Source of the DNA: Burkholderiales bacterium
GTDB taxonomy: Bacteria > Pseudomonadota > Gammaproteobacteria > Burkholderiales > Burkholderiaceae_C
NCBI GenBank assembly: GCA_017302655.1
Contig: JAFLDE010000002.1
Location: 21,993-85,992 of the forward strand
DNA: 64,000 nt
Direction of reading: 5' to 3'
The notes below the pieces were generated by a model. That model did not search any database. It was not told where the DNA came from and saw only the letters and a list, made by a program, of their open reading frames with translations. Of the stretch, positions 57,338-64,000 are shown one piece after another (within the stretch, counting starts at the first letter, position 1; the number at the start of each line of letters is the position of its first letter). The position numbers were made by a program, and so were the translations under genes.

Positions 57338-58479
57338 CACCCTTGCAAGGCCTCAAGGTCATCGAGTTCACCCACATGGTGATGGGCCCGAGCATGGGCC
57401 TCATCCTGGCCGATCTCGGGGCCGAGGTGCTGAAGATCGAACCGCCGGGCGGCGACAACACGCGGCGCCTGACCGGCTCGGGCGCCGGCTACTTCGCCAT
57501 GTACAACCGCAACAAGGCCAGCCTGCAATTGGACCTGAAGACCGAAGCCGGCAAGGCGGCGGCGCTGGCCCTGATCGACGGCGCCGACATCGTCATCGAG
57601 AACTTCCGTCCCGGCGGCATGGCCGCGCAGGGCCTCGGGTACGAGCAGTTGTCGGCGCGCAATTCCGGCCTCATCTACTGCAGCGGCAAGGGCTTTCTGT
57701 CCGGTCCCTACGCCCACCGCACCGCGCTCGACGAAGTGGCGCAAATGATGGGCGGGCTGGCCTACATGACCGGTCTGCCTGAGCGCCCGATGCGGGCCGG
57801 CGCGTCGGTGATCGACGTGGGGGGCGCGATGTTCGGCGTCATCGGCATCCTGGCCGCGCTGCACGAGCGCCAGCGCACCGGCCGTGGCCAGGCCATCACC
57901 ACCTCGCTGTATGAGACCTGCGCCTTCTTCGTCGGCCAGCACATGGCGCAAACCGCAGCCACCGGCGAAGCGCCACCGCCGATGTCGGTGCGCCGGTCCG
58001 CCTGGGCGGTGTACGACGTGTTTGACTGCGCCGACCCCGGCGAGAAGGTCTTCGTGGGCGTGGTCAGCGACACGCAGTGGCGCGTGTTCTGCGAGGCCTT
58101 CGCGCTGCCCGAGCTGGCCGCCGATGCCAGCCTGGCGCAGAACAACGAGCGTGTGCGACAGCGCGAGCGCATCCTGCCGCTCATCCAGGCACGCTTCGCT
58201 CAGCTGACCAAGGCCGAGCTGATGGCCAAGCTGGAACACAGCGGCCTGCCCTTTGCCCCGGTGGCCAAGCCGGCGCAACTGTTCGACGACCCGCAGCTCC
58301 GGGCCGGCGGCCTGCTGCCCATCACCCTGCCGGGCGGCCAGCGCACCGCGCTGCCGGCACTGCCGCTGGAGATGAACGGCCAGCGTGGGCAGCTTCGCCA
58401 CGACCTGCCCGCCCCAGGCGACGGCGGCGACGCCTGGCTGCGCGCGGCCGGCATCGACCCCGACTCGGTGCGTTGCTGA
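57334..58479 (+). CDS. Family III (CaiB/BaiF) CoA-transferase
   Basis: GPSMGLILADLGAEVLKIEPPGGD, NRNKASL.LDLK, ENFRPG, ALDEVAQ, LHERQRTGRGQ. Confidence 0.93.
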   Translation: MTPLQGLKVIEFTHMVMGPSMGLILADLGAEVLKIEPPGGDNTRRLTGSGAGYFAMYNRNKASLQLDLKTEAGKAAALALIDGADIVIENFRPGGMAAQGLGYEQLSARNSGLIYCSGKGFLSGPYAHRTALDEVAQMMGGLAYMTGLPERPMRAGASVIDVGGAMFGVIGILAALHERQRTGRGQAITTSLYETCAFFVGQHMAQTAATGEAPPPMSVRRSAWAVYDVFDCADPGEKVFVGVVSDTQWRVFCEAFALPELAADASLAQNNERVRQRERILPLIQARFAQLTKAELMAKLEHSGLPFAPVAKPAQLFDDPQLRAGGLLPITLPGGQRTALPALPLEMNGQRGQLRHDLPAPGDGGDAWLRAAGIDPDSVRC

Positions 58480-59870
58480 TGGTGGCGCCGCAGAGCCTGT
58501 TCGACAAGCTCTGGCAGGGCCGGCGGGTGGCCAGCCTGCCCGGCGGCAGCGACCTGCTGCATATCGACCGCGTGATGCTGCACGAACGCACCGGCGGCGT
58601 GGCATTGGCCGCGTTGGCATCACGCGGCCTGAAGCCGCGCCGGCCCCGCCAGGCCTTCGCCACCTTCGACCACATCGTCGACACCTTTCCGGGCCGGGGG
58701 GACCAGACCCTGATGCCCACCGGCCAGGCCTTCATCACCACCACGCGACGCGAGGCACGGGCCGCCGGCATCCAACTCATCGACCTGCCCGACCCCCGCC
58801 AGGGCATCGTGCACGTCATCTCGCCGGAACTGGGCATCGTGCTGCCCGGCGCCACGCTGGTCTGTCCGGACAGCCACACCTGCACGCAGGGCGCTTTTGG
58901 CGCGCTGGCCTGGGGCATCGGCTCCAGCGAAGCCGAGCACGCGTTGGCCACTGGTGCCTTGCGTGTGCGCCGACCGCCCAGCATGCGCGTGTCCTTCAGC
59001 GGCCGCCTGCCCAAGGGCAGCACGGCCAAGGACATGGCGCTGGCGCTGATAGCCCGCCACGGCGCCGGCGGTGGCCAGCGCTGCGCCATCGAGTTCGCCG
59101 GCGAGGCGGTTCGCGCGCTCGGCATCGAGGCGCGGCAGACCCTGTGCAATCTCGCCGTCGAATTCAGTGCCTGGGGCGCCTGCATCGCGCCGGATGACAC
59201 CGTCTTCGGCGCACTGCACGGCAAGGCCTTCGCCCCTCAAGGTGCCGCCTGGGAAGCCGCCCTGCCGCATTGGCGCCGCCTGGCCAGCGACGCGGACGCG
59301 TCCTTTGACCACGAACTGAGCCTGGACGTGAGCCGCCTGGCTCCGCAGTTGAGCTGGGGCACCAGCCCTGGCCATGGGGGCGACATCGACGCAGCCGTGC
59401 CAGCGCCACGTGACGACAGCGAACGGGCCGCCCTGGACTACATGGGCATCGAGCCCGGCCGCCCCCTGCTCGGCCTGCCCATCCAGGCCGCTTTCATCGG
59501 CTCCTGCACCAATGCCCGCCTGAGCGACCTGCGTGCCGCCGCCGCCCTGCTTCGCGGTCGGCGCATCGCGCCGGGCGTGCGTGCGCTGTGCGTGCCGGGC
59601 TCGGGCAGCGTCAAGCGCGCGGCCGAAGCCGAGGGGCTGCACGAGGTCTTCCAGGCCGCGGGTTTCGAGTGGCGCGAGGCTGGCTGCTCGCTGTGCTTCC
59701 ATGCCGGCGGCGAGCGCTTCGAAGCGCAGTGGCGCGTGGCCTCCACCACCAACCGCAACTTCGAAGGGCGCCAAGGGCCTGGTGTGCGCACGCACCTGGC
59801 CAGCCCCATCACCGTGGCGGCCAGCGCACTGGCGGGCTGTCTGGCAGATCCCCGCCCCCTGCTGCCATGA
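58479..59870 (+). CDS. LeuC-like [4Fe-4S] hydro-lyase large subunit
   Basis: GIVHVISPE, CPDSHTCTQGAFG, GIGSSE, FIGSCTNAR, GCSLC, STTNRNFEGRQG; TGATG overlap. Confidence 0.92.
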   Translation: MVAPQSLFDKLWQGRRVASLPGGSDLLHIDRVMLHERTGGVALAALASRGLKPRRPRQAFATFDHIVDTFPGRGDQTLMPTGQAFITTTRREARAAGIQLIDLPDPRQGIVHVISPELGIVLPGATLVCPDSHTCTQGAFGALAWGIGSSEAEHALATGALRVRRPPSMRVSFSGRLPKGSTAKDMALALIARHGAGGGQRCAIEFAGEAVRALGIEARQTLCNLAVEFSAWGACIAPDDTVFGALHGKAFAPQGAAWEAALPHWRRLASDADASFDHELSLDVSRLAPQLSWGTSPGHGGDIDAAVPAPRDDSERAALDYMGIEPGRPLLGLPIQAAFIGSCTNARLSDLRAAAALLRGRRIAPGVRALCVPGSGSVKRAAEAEGLHEVFQAAGFEWREAGCSLCFHAGGERFEAQWRVASTTNRNFEGRQGPGVRTHLASPITVAASALAGCLADPRPLLP

Positions 59871-60454
59871 ACCCGCCCTTCCACCAGCACGAGGGCCTGG
59901 CCGTGGGCCTGCTGCGCGACCACATCGACACCGACGCCATCATCCCGTCGCGCGAAATGAAGGGTGTGGGCAAGACCGGGCTGGCCGAAGGTCTGTTCGC
60001 CAACTGGCGCTACCGCGACCCGGCCACGCGCGAGCCCGAGCCCGGCTTCGTGCTCAACCAGCATCCGCAGGCGAGCATCCTGCTGGCCGGTCGCAACTTT
60101 GGCTGCGGCTCCTCGCGAGAACACGCCGTCTGGGCGCTGAAGGAATGGGGCATCCGCGTGGTCATCGCACCCAGCTTCGGCGCGATCTTTTTCGACAACT
60201 GCATCCGCAACGGCCTGCTGCCCCTGGTGCTCACCGCGCCGCTGGCCACGCCCCAGCGCCTTCGCATCGACCTGGACGCGCTCACCGTGCAGGAAGCCGA
60301 CGGCAGCCTGCACCGTTTCAGCCTGGACGACGAGCCGCGCGACCTGCTGCGCAGCGGCCTGGACCCGGTGGCCCTGACCCTGGCCCAACAGGGCGATGCC
60401 CTGGCCGCGTTCGAAGCCCATGACCGCCAGCAGCAACCCTGGCTCTACCTGTGA
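59867..60454 (+). CDS. LeuD-like hydro-lyase small subunit
   Basis: IDTDAIIP, NFGCGSSREHAVWAL, APSFGAIFFDNCIRNGLLP. Confidence 0.92.
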   Translation: MNPPFHQHEGLAVGLLRDHIDTDAIIPSREMKGVGKTGLAEGLFANWRYRDPATREPEPGFVLNQHPQASILLAGRNFGCGSSREHAVWALKEWGIRVVIAPSFGAIFFDNCIRNGLLPLVLTAPLATPQRLRIDLDALTVQEADGSLHRFSLDDEPRDLLRSGLDPVALTLAQQGDALAAFEAHDRQQQPWLYL

Positions 60455-61305
60455 CTGCCCTCGCCCCCGGCTTGAATCGCCCGCACATCGAGTTCCTGCA
60501 AGCCCAGCACCTGCCCTGGCGTCGCCTGCCGCCTGGCGCAGCGCGGCCCGATGCGCAGTACAAGTTCCTGAGCCGCGACGCCGCCACAGGCGCCTGCAGC
60601 TGCCTGATCCGCTACCCCAAGGGCTGGATGCGCGAGGGCGACGAAACCCTGGCCGTGGCCGAGACGGTCTACGTGCTCGAAGGATGTTTCGAGGTGGACG
60701 GCCACCCAATGAGGGCTGATCACTTCGGCCACTGGCCCGCCGGTTGTGCCCGCCAAAGCCTGAAGGCGCCCGAGGGCGCGGTGGTGCTGAGCTTCTTCGA
60801 TGCTGCCCCTGAGTTCGGCCCTGTCGACCCCGCCGCACAGCCCCTGCTGACCGACGTGCTGCACATGGCGTGGGACATGAAGCTCAACGACCCCAAGCTG
60901 GCGCACCTGGGTTTGGCTCGCAAGAACCTGCTGGCCGGCGCGGATGGTTCGCGCACCTTTCTCTCCATGATGCTTCCGCACGCCGAGCCGCTGGGCTCAC
61001 GTGGACCGCGCGAGAGCCATCCGGTCGTCGAGGAGTGCTACGTGCTGGCCGGTTCGCTGGTCGGTCCGCACGGCGAGATGCAGGCAGGGGCCTACTTCTG
61101 GCGCCCGCCCGGCATTCCCCATGGCCCCTTCGGCACCCGCTGGGGCTGCGTGGCGCTGATTCGCTTCCTGGGTGGCAACCATGTGAACGTGTGGAGCGAA
61201 GACGAAGCCCCGTTTCGCTTCGACGCTCCCTACGCGCCGGTGCTGCCCGCTGAGTTGGAAGGGCTGCGCGCCTTGGGGGCGGTGGAAGGCGCGCCAAGAT
61301 ATTGA
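60451..61305 (+). CDS. Second bicupin protein (DUF4437 / ChrR-like)
   Basis: SCLIRYPKGW, ETVYVLEG, SHPVVEECYVLAG, YFWRPPGIPHGPF; paralogous to 52080-52967. Confidence 0.75.
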   Translation: MTALAPGLNRPHIEFLQAQHLPWRRLPPGAARPDAQYKFLSRDAATGACSCLIRYPKGWMREGDETLAVAETVYVLEGCFEVDGHPMRADHFGHWPAGCARQSLKAPEGAVVLSFFDAAPEFGPVDPAAQPLLTDVLHMAWDMKLNDPKLAHLGLARKNLLAGADGSRTFLSMMLPHAEPLGSRGPRESHPVVEECYVLAGSLVGPHGEMQAGAYFWRPPGIPHGPFGTRWGCVALIRFLGGNHVNVWSEDEAPFRFDAPYAPVLPAELEGLRALGAVEGAPRY

Positions 61306-61348
61306 GCGTGCGCGCCCTGGGCCTGGACCGCACCGATAGAGTCAAGGC

Positions 61349-62095
61349 GTGCGTCTCCTCTTCACCCTGCTGCTGGCCGCGGCCTTGAGCCCCACCTGGG
61401 CTTGCTCGCGCATGCTCGTGGTGCCCTTGGCCCAAGCGAATCGGGAGACCTCCGGCTATGACTTCGCCGAGGTGCTCCGCGAGCAGGGCCTCAAGCGCGG
61501 CTGTCGTTTCGAGTTCCCGGTGGTGCCCAGGGCCAGGCTTCAGATGATGTTGAGCACGGGCCAGGCGGACCTGATGATTCCCGCCACACGCACTGCCGAA
61601 CGCGACGCCCTCGCCCGCTTCGTGCCGCTGCTGTCGATGCGCCCGGAATTGGCGTGGGTGCCTGGCCGCGGCGCCATGCCCGAAAGCCTGGCGGCTCTCA
61701 CAGCGCAAGGGGCCGTACGAGGCGCGTTCGTGCGCGGCCAGTCCTGGGGACCCAGCTACGAAGCCATGATCGACACGCTGCGCCGCGCGAACCGGGTCGA
61801 TCTGGTGGCCGATTTGGCCACCGTGCTGCGCATGTTGGCAGCCGAGCGCGCCGAGTTCACGATCTCGATGCCCGGCATCCTAAAAGCCGCGGCGGCGCAA
61901 GATGCCTCGTTGACCGCGGTGGTGAACCAACTGCAGTTCAAACCCCTGCCGGATCTGGCCCCTGTAGAGACCGGCATTTACCTTTCGCGGCGCAGCCTCA
62001 GTGAAGCTGAACAGGATGCGCTTGCGGCTTGGTTGAAGGAGATCTTCGACCCGGCCACGCTCCAGCGCGTAAGGGGAGGCAGAGCGGGCCAATGA
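61349..62095 (+). CDS. Periplasmic substrate-binding protein (family 3-like)
   Basis: Signal peptide; VPRARLQMML.TGQADL, RTAERD, RGQSWG, MLAAERAEF. Confidence 0.75.
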   Translation: MRLLFTLLLAAALSPTWACSRMLVVPLAQANRETSGYDFAEVLREQGLKRGCRFEFPVVPRARLQMMLSTGQADLMIPATRTAERDALARFVPLLSMRPELAWVPGRGAMPESLAALTAQGAVRGAFVRGQSWGPSYEAMIDTLRRANRVDLVADLATVLRMLAAERAEFTISMPGILKAAAAQDASLTAVVNQLQFKPLPDLAPVETGIYLSRRSLSEAEQDALAAWLKEIFDPATLQRVRGGRAGQ

Positions 62096-62142
62096 GCGCG
62101 TCACATCCGCGCGCAGTTGAAGCGCGGCAGCCCCGTACCGGC

Positions 62143-64000
62143 TCAAGCATCTCCCTCTCGTAGGCGCCGCCAAAGCGTCGTTCGGCTCACGCCCAGCAAC
62201 TGCGCCGCCAATTGACGGTTGCCCCCGGTGCGACGAAGGGCTTCCTGGATGGCGGCGTCACTGGGCAAGCCGCTGAGCGAGAGCGGAGCGTCTGGCGGGT
62301 GGCTGGCCTCTGCAGCGATGCTCCCCTGCAGCGGTGGCGCCTCGGACGCACGCAGCTCCGGCGCTTCCAGCAGAAATTGCTGCACGTCGATGCCCCCCAA
62401 CTCGCGCGCGCCGCTGACGAAGACGGCAAAACGCTCCATCAGGTTCTCCAACTCGCGGATGTTGCCCGGCCAGCGGTAGGCCAGCAGAGTGGGCAGCAAG
62501 GGCTCGAGCAGGCGGCGGCCCTGGGCCGCCTGGCCCAGTTCGCGCAGCTTGGCGTCGAGCAAGTGGGCGGCCAAAAGCGGCAGGTCGGCCCCACGCTCGC
62601 GCAAAGGGGGCAGCGCGATGTGCAGGATGTTGAGGCGGTAGTAGAGGTCGGCGCGGAAGCTGCCTTCGGCGATGCGCTCCGTCAGGCGCTGATGGGTGGC
62701 GGCGATGACGCGCACGTCGATCTGCACCGGTTGATGCGAGCCCAGGCGCACCACCTCGCGTTCCTGCAGCACACGCAGCAGGCGGGTCTGCAGGCTGATC
62801 GGCATGTCGCCGATCTCATCGAGGAACACAGTGCCGGTATGCGCGGCCTCGAAGAGACCCGGCTTGCCGCCTTTGCGGGAGCCCGTGAAGGCGCCTTCCT
62901 CGTAGCCGAACAACTCGCTCTCGAGCAGGCTCTCAGGGAAGCTGGCGCAGTTCAAGGCCACGAAGGGGCCAGCGCGGCGCGCGCTCTCGTTGTGGATGGC
63001 CTGGGCGAAGAGTTCCTTGCCGGTGCCGGTTTCTCCGGTGATGAGCACGGTGCTGTGCGTGGCGGCACAGCGCTTGGCCACCTGCCGGGCAAAGGCCAGC
63101 GGTGCGCTGCTGCCGGCGATGCCGTCGAAGCGGTGGCGCGCCGCGCGGCTTTGCGTGCGGCGCTGGGCCCGGATGGCCGAGTCGGCACGCTGGATGGCGG
63201 CGGTCTCGCGCAAGGTGATGAGCGCACCGGTGAGCAGGCCCCGCTCGCGCAGGCTGCTGCGATTCATCAGATAGGTGCCGCGCCGCAAAGCCAGCACGAC
63301 TTCGTCCGGACCTTCGTCGACCTGGCCCGCCAGCACGGCGGCCAGACTCAGCTCCTGCGCCACATCGGGCAGGCGCTGGCCGATCACGTCCCGGTCCTGC
63401 AGGTCCAGGATACGGCGCATCAAGGGATTCAGCGCCGTGATGCGGTGCTGGGTGTCCACCGCCAGGATGGCTTCGTGCAGGTGCGACAGCACGGTGTTGA
63501 GTTGCTCGAAGCGAGCGGCCTGGCGCAGCACGTTCTCGCCCAATTCCACGGCCTTCTCCAGCGCCCGCTCCACCGACGCGGCGGTGTAGTACAGGACGCC
63601 CCGCAAGCCCAATTGCTCCGCAATGCCGACGATGAGGCTGGAGCCCACCACCACCTGGATGCCCTGGTCGCGCAGCCGGAGCACGCATTCGCGCGCTTCG
63701 GCCAGCGTGGTGTAGCTGAGTTGCTCCAGGTCCACCTGCAACAGGCCGCGCACCGGCTCCAGTTCGCGGATGCTGCCGGCGTACACCACCAGACCGAAGC
63801 GACGGCTGATGCCACTGGCGGACTTGAAGGCGTTCAGCAGATCGAAGCCGGTGACCTCGATGCTGGCCACCGGCAGGTCCACCTGCGAGCGCAGCACGGC
63901 GGCGTTGTAGCCGGCACTGACCAGCACATCCACTTGCCCCTGCTGCTGCAGTTGGCGGCCGCGGAACACTGCGTCGTCCAGCACGTACTCGTCCACGGCG
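62143..64000 (-). CDS. prpR: PrpR-family sigma54-dependent activator (5' end truncated)
   Basis: PrpR_N-like domain (VLVSAGYN...EVTGFDLL), [45 protein letters not shown], Fis HTH ([12 protein letters not shown]). Confidence 0.8.
   Translation of the reverse strand, partial: AVDEYVLDDAVFRGRQLQQQGQVDVLVSAGYNAAVLRSQVDLPVASIEVTGFDLLNAFKSASGISRRFGLVVYAGSIRELEPVRGLLQVDLEQLSYTTLAEARECVLRLRDQGIQVVVGSSLIVGIAEQLGLRGVLYYTAASVERALEKAVELGENVLRQAARFEQLNTVLSHLHEAILAVDTQHRITALNPLMRRILDLQDRDVIGQRLPDVAQELSLAAVLAGQVDEGPDEVVLALRRGTYLMNRSSLRERGLLTGALITLRETAAIQRADSAIRAQRRTQSRAARHRFDGIAGSSAPLAFARQVAKRCAATHSTVLITGETGTGKELFAQAIHNESARRAGPFVALNCASFPESLLESELFGYEEGAFTGSRKGGKPGLFEAAHTGTVFLDEIGDMPISLQTRLLRVLQEREVVRLGSHQPVQIDVRVIAATHQRLTERIAEGSFRADLYYRLNILHIALPPLRERGADLPLLAAHLLDAKLRELGQAAQGRRLLEPLLPTLLAYRWPGNIRELENLMERFAVFVSGARELGGIDVQQFLLEAPELRASEAPPLQGSIAAEASHPPDAPLSLSGLPSDAAIQEALRRTGGNRQLAAQLLGVSRTTLWRRLREGDA

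Overview
High-GC betaproteobacterial chromosome segment, Burkholderiales-like (inferred from the ilvIHC / ECF-DUF3619-DUF3106-RDD / glnB-nadE / ppa-hppA arrangement). No rRNA, tRNA, CRISPR array, transposase or integrase was recognised. Left to right: (1) 211-5056, a minus-strand three-gene module: a degenerate-cyclase/TolB-like/TPR sensor, a PAP2/vanadium-haloperoxidase-family enzyme with seven tandem A-G-V-W-P-N repeats that vary only at synonymous positions, and a subtilase with no signal peptide. (2) 6534-25462, a peptidoglycan-processing region: M14 peptidase, D-amino acid dehydrogenase, SxxK hydrolase, LdcA, TonB-dependent receptor, OCD-family enzyme, PBP4, MurQ, AmpG-like permease, HGSNAT-like acetyltransferase, GHL10, AmiD, DppBC. 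(3) 25476-39005, housekeeping genes. (4) A J-domain protein, a 966-aa PEP-CTERM protein and a FemAB-like protein. (5) 44692-46651, an eCIS-type sheath plus tube with no other injection-system genes nearby. (6) 48767-61305, a divergent catabolic island with two consensus sigma54 promoters and PrpR-like boxes. It encodes a nitrilase-fold protein with a non-canonical triad, an ALDH, two cupins, a Cys-less Asp/Glu-racemase-fold protein, an isochorismatase, two PuuE-like hydrolases, an HMG-CoA-lyase-like enzyme, a CoA transferase and a LeuCD-like hydratase. A truncated PrpR-family activator lies at the right edge. A palindromic repeat family occurs three times, once in frame inside the AmpG-like gene. 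Family assignments come from motif recognition by eye, not from database searches. Start codons were adjusted from the ORF track using stop/start overlaps and RBS.
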